The notes: a model not told the origin generated them from the letters alone. DNA of 49,851 bases from an uncultured Desulfobacteraceae bacterium (GCA_964631805.1 CAZWAE010000004.1:9661-59511), one strand, 5' to 3'; shown: positions 39,422-48,696, numbered from the stretch's first letter. Numbers and translations are program-made.

Positions 39422-40171
39422 TCAGCGGAAAAGCGGTTCCTGACCCTTCCAGGAATCGAATTCCCGGGGGAGTAGTTTCAGGATCTCTTTGCCCGACATG
39501 CTGAACAGGTCGTAGGTGACGTCCAACTGCTGGATGACGTGAATGAAACGGTGGAAGGTGCCGGGATTCTGTTTTCTCAGAAGCGTTCCCCGCTTGGGCC
39601 GGCGGGTTTTGGGATTGAAGTAGAGATGATGGGCTGCCTCGACCACCGATCGATTTTGGATGAGGCTCTGCCTTGCGAGAAGTTCATGGTGGAGCCGGCT
39701 CTCTTTCGACAGCGGCGTGTAAAGAAACAGGGCGGAAAGGTCCGGGCCCAACCCGTAAACGGAATAGACCAGGTAGGCGCCGCCCAACAGATGTCGATGT
39801 CCGGAACGGAAACCGGGTTCCAGGATGTGCCGGTAGTCCCGGCCGGGCTTTCGGTGGCCTTCGGCGTCCTTGGGACAGACCTGGTCGAAATAATAGAGGG
39901 ACATCCAGCTCCAGAGCCCCACGTCCGATTCGAGGCCTTCGAAGGCCGCCTCCCGGAACAACTCGTCCGCCGCCGCTGCAAAATCCAGGGCCGAGGCAAA
40001 CGTAAGCGGTTCCACCGACTTTTGAAAGCCGGCGGGCTCGGAGGTTTCCGGGTCCGTCAACAGGTCGTCGGGGCGCTCCATGACCGCGCCGCTACGCAAT
40101 GCTTCGAGATAGGAACGGAACCGGGCCACACCCGCCGCTGTCAGTCTTCGTATGTCGCAAGATGCATTCAT
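39422..40171 (-). CDS. Hypothetical protein (third gene of the GHKL cassette)
   Basis: 249-aa ORF with a 4-bp ATGA overlap with the upstream gene; LWSWMSLYYFDQVCP and HRHLLGG blocks. Confidence 0.8.
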   Translation of the reverse strand: MNASCDIRRLTAAGVARFRSYLEALRSGAVMERPDDLLTDPETSEPAGFQKSVEPLTFASALDFAAAADELFREAAFEGLESDVGLWSWMSLYYFDQVCPKDAEGHRKPGRDYRHILEPGFRSGHRHLLGGAYLVYSVYGLGPDLSALFLYTPLSKESRLHHELLARQSLIQNRSVVEAAHHLYFNPKTRRPKRGTLLRKQNPGTFHRFIHVIQQLDVTYDLFSMSGKEILKLLPREFDSWKGQEPLFR

Positions 40172-40929
40172 AGAACCTGGGTCACGGATTGGTTGAACAG
40201 TTCAAGGGCGTTGCACTGGGCACAGAAAACTTCCACCGCGGTTTCGATCCAGTCGACCTGTTCTGCCCTCGATGCCGTCGAGGGTGGACGCATTTCCGGA
40301 TAGGCGCACACCAGCTTCAGCCACTGACTCGGCCAGTCGTCATCGCAATCCGGATCGGTGTGCCGGTTCTCCAAAACAATGCGTTTGAGTATCTGCCGCA
40401 ACACTTCCGGATAGACCAGGGCCATGAAGCGGCTGTCGGTACCGGCAATGAGGCCGATCTCCGCCGCCCGGGTGTTCAGGCGCAGAACCGGCCAGTCTCC
40501 GTCCAGGTCAAGCTGCCAGATACGATGGCCCAGGTCCTCGTACTCCACGTACAGAAGCGACTGGCCGCCGATCTCCACATCGCCGACGCTGGCCGGTCGG
40601 ATTCGATCCAGGGCGGCAAGGATTCTGCCGCGGTGGGGATGTTTTCCCACCACCTTTACCCGGAACAAGGGGATAACGGTTTCGGGAAAACGATTCAGGT
40701 ACCGGTCGGCGGGCACCGACAGACGGAAGACAGTGCCGTAGGCATACCGCTGGTAGGAATAGCGATGGTAGGCTTCGACAAAAACCGATGCGTTTTCCGG
40801 AAGCCCGAGGCCATCAAATCCCAGGCGCATATTGAAAAAACGCCGGTTGTTCCCGTCCGCCAGGATATCCACCCGAACCCCGGACCGTCTTATTTTTTTA
40901 CGGCCGGTATAGTTCAGTTTTCGGATCAT
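40168..40929 (-). CDS. Hypothetical protein (second gene of the GHKL cassette)
   Basis: 253-aa ORF with an AAGGGGA RBS, 16 bp after the upstream stop; beta-rich N-half and helical C-half. Confidence 0.8.
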   Translation of the reverse strand: MIRKLNYTGRKKIRRSGVRVDILADGNNRRFFNMRLGFDGLGLPENASVFVEAYHRYSYQRYAYGTVFRLSVPADRYLNRFPETVIPLFRVKVVGKHPHRGRILAALDRIRPASVGDVEIGGQSLLYVEYEDLGHRIWQLDLDGDWPVLRLNTRAAEIGLIAGTDSRFMALVYPEVLRQILKRIVLENRHTDPDCDDDWPSQWLKLVCAYPEMRPPSTASRAEQVDWIETAVEVFCAQCNALELFNQSVTQVL

Positions 40930-40945
40930 ATAGACGTTCCCCTTT

Positions 40946-42838
40946 TCAGGGTGTTACCCGCACCCGGAGGTCCCGGTGCGGGTCGAATCCCGTTACCGTG
41001 ATCCTGAAATCGGTGTTCCGCACCCATAACTGGATGAGATTCAATTGCGCCATCACCAGCCTGGCTCCCCGGGTCTGCACCTTCAGCGGAGGGGCCGACA
41101 GATCGAAATCCAGCCGGGTGTATTGCTTAAAGGGGTTGCCGCTGCGAACCTCGTAGGCCATCCGAATCGTGACAATGGGCGGTACACGGCCATTGTCCGC
41201 CCTGGGAGTCAGGGCAAAGCCCCCTTTTATCTTCTGTATCTGAATGGTCGCCGTGGTGCCGCCGCCGGCATACGGAACGGCCGGTGACCGCGGCCCCTCT
41301 TCCTCGCCGGAACCGGGTTGGTCTCCCCGTGTCCCGGCACCTGGTTCGGTTGTGGGCAGGGCAAACAGATGGCGCAGGAGGTTCACATCGCGACCCTTCC
41401 GGGGCCGTGTGAGAATTTTAACGATCTCCCTGGGGCTGGATTTGATAAAGTCCAGCGTCGACGGACCCAGGCGGTATTTTCGTTTGAACTTCTTCGAGTT
41501 GCGCTCCCACTCCGTATGGGCAGGATTTTCCGCATCCCCGAGAAACCCGGACAACACCGGATCGGTAACCGAGACGATGGCTCGCATCCCTTTGTGCCGG
41601 AGTGAGGAGACCTCGGGGATGGTAATTCCCTGCCGAATGAAGTGGTCCTCGGCCCGGTCCAGTTTGTCATCGATCTCCACGAATACGAAAAATCCGGTCG
41701 GTAAAAAGTCCCTGGAATCCGCCTTCTGGATACTGACCGGCACATGAAACCCGACCCGCGCCCGGCTGTTGAAACGGTCCCGCAGCTCGGCGAGGGCTTC
41801 CGGGTCGAACAGGGCTTCGCGCAGTTTCGGCGCCCGTCCGGCAGAGGGGGCCTGTAAATGCGTTAACCGCTTTTTCTCCTGACGGATGGACCATCTGGCA
41901 AAATCGAGAAGTCCCCCCATATGCCGCCAGGCCGGGTTTTTCGATTTTTTGAAAAATTTCTCCAGAGTCAGGTCGTCCAGGCGGGTTGTTTTACCCGCCG
42001 ACCGGAATTCGACAATGAGACCGGCGGCCAGGATCGGATAAAAATAGTGGCGTACGGCGGAGACCAGGCAGTCGTTGTAGGTCACCTCCCGGTCCGGGAA
42101 GGGAATGAGAATACTCAGGCCCGGTTTCCGGTCACGATTCATGGCAAAGGTCACTGCAAATCGTGCCAGGAAATCGGTGTCTTCAACCGGGAGCGGCAAC
42201 CCGTTTTCCGCCACCCCGAAAAAGCCGTAGGGGGCATATCTGCGTCCGTCGAGTTTGTGAATCTTAAGGGCGGATTGGCCCATGAGCATCATACGCCCGT
42301 CATCTCTCCTCACGGTAATCCCAAGGATCGCGTTGATACGGGAAACCGCCTGAAAAACCGTTTTGCCGAGTCCCCACCGGCCAAGATCCGTACTGGTTTT
42401 TCGCGTACGCCCGATGTTGCGCCAGAAGTAGAAAAAATCATTCCGGGTCACATCATCGTCCAGGTCGTCGAACTGCCGGACGTCGCCCTGGAGACCCCGG
42501 GTATGGTAATCCTCGATGAGCAAGTGGCTGAAGGCTTCATCCTCAACCGGAATATCCTGTAAACCGGAATGACTGCTGAGAAGATGGGGAAAAAGCCCAT
42601 CGAGGTACTGCCTGCGGGCCGTGTCGGCTTCCGGCGTCGCCGGCCCGGAAAAAGAGAACCGGACCGTGACAGGCCCCTCCCCGCTTCCCGCATCCAGGGA
42701 ATTCTGGATCGCCTCCCGTACCAGGGCATCGGTTACACTGCCGATGGCCTCGGTCGTGAAAAACTCCTCTTCTATGGGGTCGATGTTGATTTCACCGGGA
42801 TTCATTTCCCGGAATCGCCATCGGGCGTCAAACGGCAT
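40946..42838 (-). CDS. Divergent GHKL (Hsp90/MORC-like) ATPase domain protein
   Basis: N-box LVREAIQNSLDA, G1-like IEDYHTRGL, G2 GRWGLGK, G3-like KPGLSILIP; later AENPAHTEW. Confidence 0.8.
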   Translation of the reverse strand: MPFDARWRFREMNPGEINIDPIEEEFFTTEAIGSVTDALVREAIQNSLDAGSGEGPVTVRFSFSGPATPEADTARRQYLDGLFPHLLSSHSGLQDIPVEDEAFSHLLIEDYHTRGLQGDVRQFDDLDDDVTRNDFFYFWRNIGRTRKTSTDLGRWGLGKTVFQAVSRINAILGITVRRDDGRMMLMGQSALKIHKLDGRRYAPYGFFGVAENGLPLPVEDTDFLARFAVTFAMNRDRKPGLSILIPFPDREVTYNDCLVSAVRHYFYPILAAGLIVEFRSAGKTTRLDDLTLEKFFKKSKNPAWRHMGGLLDFARWSIRQEKKRLTHLQAPSAGRAPKLREALFDPEALAELRDRFNSRARVGFHVPVSIQKADSRDFLPTGFFVFVEIDDKLDRAEDHFIRQGITIPEVSSLRHKGMRAIVSVTDPVLSGFLGDAENPAHTEWERNSKKFKRKYRLGPSTLDFIKSSPREIVKILTRPRKGRDVNLLRHLFALPTTEPGAGTRGDQPGSGEEEGPRSPAVPYAGGGTTATIQIQKIKGGFALTPRADNGRVPPIVTIRMAYEVRSGNPFKQYTRLDFDLSAPPLKVQTRGARLVMAQLNLIQLWVRNTDFRITVTGFDPHRDLRVRVTP

Positions 42839-43415
42839 ACAAACGGTCCTTTCAAATAAGGAGGCTCAACCGGCGGTCCGGTTATTCCTGAATTCCATCA
42901 CGGGTGTTCTCCTTCGATCTCCCAGGTATTGGCCGGTGACGACAACCTTCCCTCATTTCTTCCTTTTTTTAGACCCGTTATCAGAAACATCCACTTTATT
43001 ACGTGGATGTTTCTGACACCTACGGGTCTTATCCAGCTCTACCGGGTTGGTTGGAAAAACAACCGGAACGCAGATGGGGCCGGGTCGATGCTGTAGGCTT
43101 ATGCAATATAAACGACTCCCGAAAAGAATACAATCTTGCCAGGTGTTTTTCAGCGATTTTCGGTGAACAGTCCCATCTCGTTTCAACAGATGCCCAATGG
43201 TCGATTTTCAAAATGCCATTCGCGAACCGGAGATTTACCGGAACTTGACTATGTCTATTGGTATACCTAATTATCGGTGATAACTGACTCAGGAATTGAT
43301 CCAGTCGTAAAAAGTTAAGAAAATTCGTACAGCCATATGACGCGTTTCGGGAAAATGTATGCGCTACACATTACTTATAACGCCCGTGAATGCGACTCTT
43401 TGCGAAATGATCCGG

Positions 43416-43804
43416 ATGCCATATGACTGTGGTGACTACCTGATTGCACGACCCGATGAGGTCGCAGGGGAAAGCACTGTCTGGTACGCATCGTTTTGGG
43501 ATTTCTGCGCCGTTTATTTGAGACAGCGCTTCGGGACGAACTATTGCCTTTCGCTAGGGCAATCCCTGCTGCTTCACATGGGTATATCCATCCAAACATG
43601 GACGGTAACGGCCGCATGGGCCGATTTGTCATGAACGTCATGATGGCCGCCGGCGGGTTTCCCTGGACGGTCATACCGGTTGAAAACCGCGATGATTATA
43701 TGGATGCCCTAGAAAGCGCCAGCGTCAGGCAGGACATCTCGCCGTTTGCCCGTTTTCTTGCAGGCCTGCTTCAAGAGCCGATATCAAATAGTGCTGACCG
43801 ATAA
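43416..43804 (+). pseudogene. Fic-family protein relic with a large internal deletion
   Basis: N-terminal block RPDEVAGESTVWYASFWDFCAVYLRQRFG..YCLS..QSLLLH is joined out of frame to the C-terminal Fic motif YIHPNMDGNGRMGRF...RDDYMDALESAS. Confidence 0.8.
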
Positions 43805-43942
43805 ATAGCAGGGGAAGGGGTTTGAACCGTCCAATTGCTGTGTGTCGCCCAAGGGGTGGATTTTCATACAGCATGGGTATGGGGTAGTATGCCAAGGACA
43901 GCGTACAGCAAATCAGGCATTATAATTAATGTCAATGTGTAG

Positions 43943-43976
43943 TGACCCTCATGTTTTTCTGACTCTCATGTTTTTC
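43943..43976 (+). repeat. 17-bp tandem duplication TGAC(C/T)CTCATGTTTTTC
   Basis: Two adjacent copies with one mismatch at the start of an AT-richer segment. Confidence 0.6.
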
Positions 43977-44127
43977 AATCTTGTTTGTTTTGTCCGGGAT
44001 TCTCCGGAATATGCAGCCTAACAATTTTCAGCCTGTTACATTCAAGAACCAGCTAAAGTTGGGCACCGAATAGCCAATAATAAAGTAAGTTTGTTACTAT
44101 CATGTTGTGATTAAAAGGCCTATCATT

Positions 44128-44358
44128 ATGAGCTCCAAAACCGTTCTGGTAGTTGAGGACAGTAATTTTATTGCCCGAGCTATTGCATTGCGTATTCAAA
44201 GAGATCTCGGGCACGAAGTGGTGATCGCCGATTCCTTTGCGGTTACTTCGGAGCTTTTTCAAAACCCAAAGTTTTCACCGTTTGCAGCGATCGTCGATTT
44301 GGTACTTCCTGATGCAGAAGAGGGTCAGAAATACAACGATCCATTTTTTGAAACTTAA
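44128..44358 (+). pseudogene. Truncated response-regulator receiver domain
   Basis: KTVLVVEDS...AAIVDLVLPDAEEG, then it stops at about 76 aa, before the conserved T/K half. Confidence 0.68.
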
Positions 44359-44369
44359 GGGAGGAGTTC

Positions 44370-45410
44370 ATGAAGTGCAAGAAGATACAGACAATGACCC
44401 TTCAGCTGTTTTTGATAATAATGATAACTGGGTTGACATCCTTGGCGGCAGCCGGTGATGTCAAAAAAGTCATTCTGATAGAAACAATGCCGGTTCCGTC
44501 AGTCTTAACACATTCTCGATGGTTTCAATTTCAACTGAAACAGATGGGATTTGAACGAAGTAAAAATTTAAAATTGACAATCTTAGAAGCTAACGGTGAT
44601 AGACAGCTGGCTGAAAAACTTTTGAAGACTGAATTGGCTGGGGGAAATCCGGATTTGGTCGTAACGATTGCGACCCTTGCTTCACAAACAGCTGTAAAAC
44701 TGCTTAAAGACACAGATGTCCCAATCCTGTTTTTTCAGGTCTCCGATCCAGTTGGTGCGGGTTTGGTGAAACAGATTAATGCGCCGACTGAAACAAATAT
44801 AACCGGAAAGGTGTTCACTGTTAACAGAGATGCTAAAATCGAGATGCTTTTTCAACTTGTGAACCAGATAGCTGCCCATCGGCCGGTTCGATTCGGTTAC
44901 ATTCACTCAACTTACCCCTCTTCTCTCGGAGATATAAGAGAGTTAAAATCGGTTGCGAAAAGGCGCGGAGATGTTCATTTTGTATCCTATGAGATCGAAT
45001 ACAGAAATGTCCCGGAAGGTTTGCCTGCTATGATCGACGACACAAAAAAGGGAATTAAAGCGCTGGAAGGAAAAGTCGACTTTTGGGTAGAACCTTCAGG
45101 TCCTTTGGGAGAATCCTTTGAATATACGCAGACGATACTTAAAAACTCGACCATTCCAATTGCATTTGGGGCCAAGCTGGAAAGTGTGAAAAGGGGCGCT
45201 CTAATGCATGTTACACCGAACATGGAAGCAAGTGGCCGAGAAGCCGCCCGGCTGGCGGGTGCAATACTCAGAGGGAAAAATCCTGGAACGATTCCGGTAA
45301 CCCCGCCCTCAAACTTTGACCTGGGGATTAATATAACAACGGCCCTAAAACTAAAAATCGTTATACATCCTGATCTCCTTCAACTTGCTGGCAAAAATGT
45401 ATACAGATAA
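44370..45410 (+). CDS. ABC_sub_bind-type periplasmic binding protein (orphan, paired with a sensor)
   Basis: Signal peptide; PDLVVTIATLAS, VSDPVGAGLV, NITG, GREAARLA..IL.G.NPGTIPV, INITTA.KL; GGAGG RBS. Confidence 0.85.
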   Translation: MKCKKIQTMTLQLFLIIMITGLTSLAAAGDVKKVILIETMPVPSVLTHSRWFQFQLKQMGFERSKNLKLTILEANGDRQLAEKLLKTELAGGNPDLVVTIATLASQTAVKLLKDTDVPILFFQVSDPVGAGLVKQINAPTETNITGKVFTVNRDAKIEMLFQLVNQIAAHRPVRFGYIHSTYPSSLGDIRELKSVAKRRGDVHFVSYEIEYRNVPEGLPAMIDDTKKGIKALEGKVDFWVEPSGPLGESFEYTQTILKNSTIPIAFGAKLESVKRGALMHVTPNMEASGREAARLAGAILRGKNPGTIPVTPPSNFDLGINITTALKLKIVIHPDLLQLAGKNVYR

Positions 45411-45421
45411 GTTAGGAAACG

Positions 45422-46942
45422 ATGAAGATTCAGACTAAAATCGGATTGGGCCTCCTTCCTTTAGTTTTATTATCCATCACCGTTTTGGGATCGTGGTCTA
45501 TTCGTATTACCACTAACGGAATTGAGAAGTCTGCTTTTCAACATATGAATACCCTTTTAGACTCTTATGTGGACGACAAAATCAGAGATCCGCATCGTTT
45601 GCTGGTCAGAAATCTACTGGATAACGAAGAATCATTTATCACGGATTATCAGAGACTTGCTGCCAAATCGGCAGAAGAGTTGGAATTGACTAAAACCGGT
45701 CATATTTTTGTCTTGAATGCAGATGGGAAATTCGTTTTCGGCAACAAAAAAATTGACCCCCGATTGATAGAATCCGTATGGGGAAAACATTCGGTCAGCA
45801 TAGCAGATGGAACTGCAGCCAAGTTAACAGGGCATCATCATGCTTTAAACACCGGCGCTGTTTATGCCGCACGCTATTTTGAACCTTGGGAATGGGTCAT
45901 TTTTTATGCCACGGCAGACGATGGGATTCTTGCGGCTAAACAGGCGATTCGAAATGTAACCATTCTGATAGCCGTTTTTTGCGCAGCTACTTCATGGCTG
46001 CTTATTTTCTTTGTAATTCGCAATTTTCTTATCAGGCCGGTAGGAATCCTCCAAAATGCAGCTTCAAAAATTGCCAAGGGGGAAACAATCACCAACATTG
46101 ATGTCAATTCCCAGGATGAACTTGGAGAATTAACCCGCAACATGGAGTTTATGGCCAAAGCCATTCAGGAACATCAAGCCGAACAAAAGGTGTGGCAAGA
46201 AAAGCTTGAAACGAAAGTAAAAGAACAAACCAAACATTTGACAAAAGAAATTGATGAACGCAAGCAGGTTGATAAGGCGTTGCACGAAAGCGAGAGATTT
46301 CTTTCTGCGGTTTTTGATTCGATTCAGGACGGTATCAGCGTTCTCGACAATGAAATGAAGGTTGTTCGCGTGAATCAAGCTATGCGAGACTGGTATGCTT
46401 ACGCGCTTCCCTTGGAAGGAAAGCGATGTTATGAAGTGTATCATGGACGCGAAAAAGCATGCGATGTTTGTCCGGTCCTTCGCTCGACCCAAACCGGAAA
46501 AATTGAAATGAACGAGGTTCCGCTTATTCAGCAGGATGGCACTCCCGGCACACTGGAACTTTTTGCGTTTCCAATGCTTGACGATTCTACCCAGGTCGTA
46601 GGCGTCGTAGAATATGTCCGTAACATCACAAAACGCAAGCATGGTGAAGTGGCGTTACGCGAAAGTGAGCGCATGAAAGGTGTGCTTGAAATGGCTGGTG
46701 CCGTGTGCCATGAGCTGAATCAACCGCTTATGGCAATTGCTGGATATTCAGATTTAATGTCTATGAAACTATCAAAAGATGACCCTCTATTAGAAAAAAT
46801 TACCAGAATTACCGAACAGAGTGATCGGTTAAAAAAAATTACTCAGAAACTCATGAATATCACGAGATATGAAACAAAAGATTACCTTAAAGGTAAAATA
46901 ATTGATATCGAGAAATCATCCAATGGTAGTATCATTAATTAG
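45422..46942 (+). CDS. Membrane sensor Cache-HAMP-PAS-HisKA lacking the HATPase_c domain
   Basis: Two TMs, YFEPWEW, HAMP (DELGELTRNMEFM), PAS with CYEVYHGREKACDVCP, H-box CHELNQPL, protein ends about 65 aa later. Confidence 0.85.
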   Translation: MKIQTKIGLGLLPLVLLSITVLGSWSIRITTNGIEKSAFQHMNTLLDSYVDDKIRDPHRLLVRNLLDNEESFITDYQRLAAKSAEELELTKTGHIFVLNADGKFVFGNKKIDPRLIESVWGKHSVSIADGTAAKLTGHHHALNTGAVYAARYFEPWEWVIFYATADDGILAAKQAIRNVTILIAVFCAATSWLLIFFVIRNFLIRPVGILQNAASKIAKGETITNIDVNSQDELGELTRNMEFMAKAIQEHQAEQKVWQEKLETKVKEQTKHLTKEIDERKQVDKALHESERFLSAVFDSIQDGISVLDNEMKVVRVNQAMRDWYAYALPLEGKRCYEVYHGREKACDVCPVLRSTQTGKIEMNEVPLIQQDGTPGTLELFAFPMLDDSTQVVGVVEYVRNITKRKHGEVALRESERMKGVLEMAGAVCHELNQPLMAIAGYSDLMSMKLSKDDPLLEKITRITEQSDRLKKITQKLMNITRYETKDYLKGKIIDIEKSSNGSIIN

Positions 46943-47012
46943 TTATGCAGGGTGTCAGCACAAAAGGCTACGTAACGGCTACAAATATCCAACCATCAGA
47001 GCCTTTGTCTCT

Positions 47013-47112
47013 TTTCAATTGGTCAACACTTGACTTTCAATTGGTCGTCGTATAGTTTTCAATCAGTCGTATCGGAAAATTCAGTTAAACAGCAGTCATC
47101 TTTCAAGCAGTC
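47013..47112 (+). repeat. Five 12-bp direct repeats at an exact 22-bp period upstream of the AAA/DUF4143 gene
   Basis: TTTCAATTGGTC 47013, TTTCAATTGGTC 47035, TTTCAATCAGTC 47057, ATTCAGTTAAAC 47079 (degenerate), TTTCAAGCAGTC 47101. Confidence 0.8.
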
Positions 47113-47137
47113 AAAAAAAGGACGGAGTATTCCCTGC

Positions 47138-48358
47138 ATGTACCCACGATTTGTTGAACAGCAAATTAAAGAAGCCCTTGACGATACTCGGGTCGTCCTG
47201 CTCACCGGTCCGAGGCAAGCTGGAAAAACGACATTAGTTCAGCGCCTCGCCGGGAACAATATGCCCTTTTTCACTCTGGATAATGCAACCACTCTTGATG
47301 CCGCAAAAAGAGATCCGGTTGGGTTTATCCGAAATCTGGACCGGGCCATTATTGATGAAGTCCAGCGGGTCCCCGAGCTCCTGCTGGCGATCAAGGAGAG
47401 TGTGGACAATGACCAGCGTCCCGGTCGTTTTATTTTAACCGGGTCGGCAAATTTGATGACACTGCCGCGGATTGCCGACTCCCTGGCTGGGCGCATGGAG
47501 ATGGTCCATCTGTTCCCTCTGGCCCAAGGTGAAATTCAAGGCGTGAAGCCAACATTTCTGGATAATGTGATGAAGGGTGAAGTACCTGAGGTGCGCACCC
47601 CAATCATTGCCGACAAGTTGTTGGAAATCGTCCTGGCCGGAGGATTTCCCGAGGCGATCAAGCGGAAGACCTGGAAACGACGTCAGAACTGGCATCTCAA
47701 CTACATAGACGCCCTGATCCATCGTGATGTCAAGGATATCGCACAAATTGATAAAATTCAGCAGCTGCATGCCTTGCTGCAAATGGTCTCCCACTATAAC
47801 GGCCAGCTTGTCAACTACTCCGGCATCGGTGCCCCTTTGGATATGAGCCACACCATAACGCGAAAATATCTTGGCATCCTTGCGCAGCTTTTTTTGATCC
47901 ACAAATTGAATCCCTGGTACTCCAACCAATTAAAGCGCCTTACCAAAACCCCCAAGCTACATTTTGTAGATACCGGACTGCTGGCAGCACTCCAGGGCCT
48001 TTCCATCGGTAAGCTGCAAACCGATCGTCAATTATTCGGGCCGATGCTTGAAACCTTCGTTTTGACGGAACTCTTGAAACTTGAAAGCTGGAGTGGAGAC
48101 CGACTGGAGTTCTCACATTACCGCGACAAGGAAAAAAATGAGGTCGATATCATCATACGTAATCGAAGCGGATTCACCGCCGGCATTGAGGTAAAGGCAT
48201 CGGCAACCGTCACCACAGCAGACTTCAAAGGATTGAACAAGCTCGCAGCGGCCTGTAAAGACAGGTTTTCAATAGGTCTTGTGTTATACGATCACGACAA
48301 AATGATTCCGTTTGGAGACCGGCTGTATGCCGCACCCGTATCAGCGATCTGGCACTGA
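47138..48358 (+). CDS. AAA_14 ATPase with DUF4143 domain
   Basis: MYPR start after GGAG; GPRQAGKTT, IIDEVQR, LTGSAN, SLAGR, GGFPE, KTPKLHFVDTG, YRDKEKNEVD..IEVKAS. Confidence 0.92.
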   Translation: MYPRFVEQQIKEALDDTRVVLLTGPRQAGKTTLVQRLAGNNMPFFTLDNATTLDAAKRDPVGFIRNLDRAIIDEVQRVPELLLAIKESVDNDQRPGRFILTGSANLMTLPRIADSLAGRMEMVHLFPLAQGEIQGVKPTFLDNVMKGEVPEVRTPIIADKLLEIVLAGGFPEAIKRKTWKRRQNWHLNYIDALIHRDVKDIAQIDKIQQLHALLQMVSHYNGQLVNYSGIGAPLDMSHTITRKYLGILAQLFLIHKLNPWYSNQLKRLTKTPKLHFVDTGLLAALQGLSIGKLQTDRQLFGPMLETFVLTELLKLESWSGDRLEFSHYRDKEKNEVDIIIRNRSGFTAGIEVKASATVTTADFKGLNKLAAACKDRFSIGLVLYDHDKMIPFGDRLYAAPVSAIWH

Positions 48359-48370
48359 GAAATGACTTTC

Positions 48371-48405
48371 AAAAGAAAAAACGGGAAAGCTTGTCAGCTA
48401 ACCCG
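48371..48405 (-). terminator. Rho-independent terminator-like hairpin (minus strand)
   Basis: Minus strand CGGGTTAGCT-GACA-AGCTTTCCCG followed by TTTTTTCTTTT. Confidence 0.5.
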
Positions 48406-48425
48406 CCTTAATTATATTAAATTAT

Positions 48426-48450
48426 TGGTCGGGACGATCCCTTGAACCCC
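48426..48450 (-). other. Degenerate tRNA-Pro-like 3' end fragment (possible att-site relic)
   Basis: Minus strand GGGGTTCAAGGGATCGTCCCGACCA resembles T-loop GGTTCAA plus the tRNA-Pro acceptor end CGTCCCGACCA, followed by an AT-rich spacer and terminator. Confidence 0.5.
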
Positions 48451-48696
48451 ATATCGGACGAATGGTATTCTCCAACCCTCTGAAAACACATAAGTATTTA
48501 ATATCTCCCATTCCTTCCGTATAAACAAAACAAGCAATAGTAGTCACATTTAAAACACGAGTCGCAGGATTAGATGGTTTTCAATGATATCTTAAATTTC
48601 CAATTTCATTTATGCATAGTTTGAGATATTGACAAAGTGCTGTTATTTGTACTATAAAAAGCTCAATTAAAAGGTTCTATTGGAATAGGGGGATCT

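Noticed and set aside
47013-47112. Mini-CRISPR array
   Set aside because: 12-bp repeats with 10-bp spacers are far too short and no cas genes are present; reported as a binding-site array instead.
48426-48450. Intact tRNA gene
   Set aside because: Only a degenerate 3' portion is present, with no D-arm or anticodon arm upstream.
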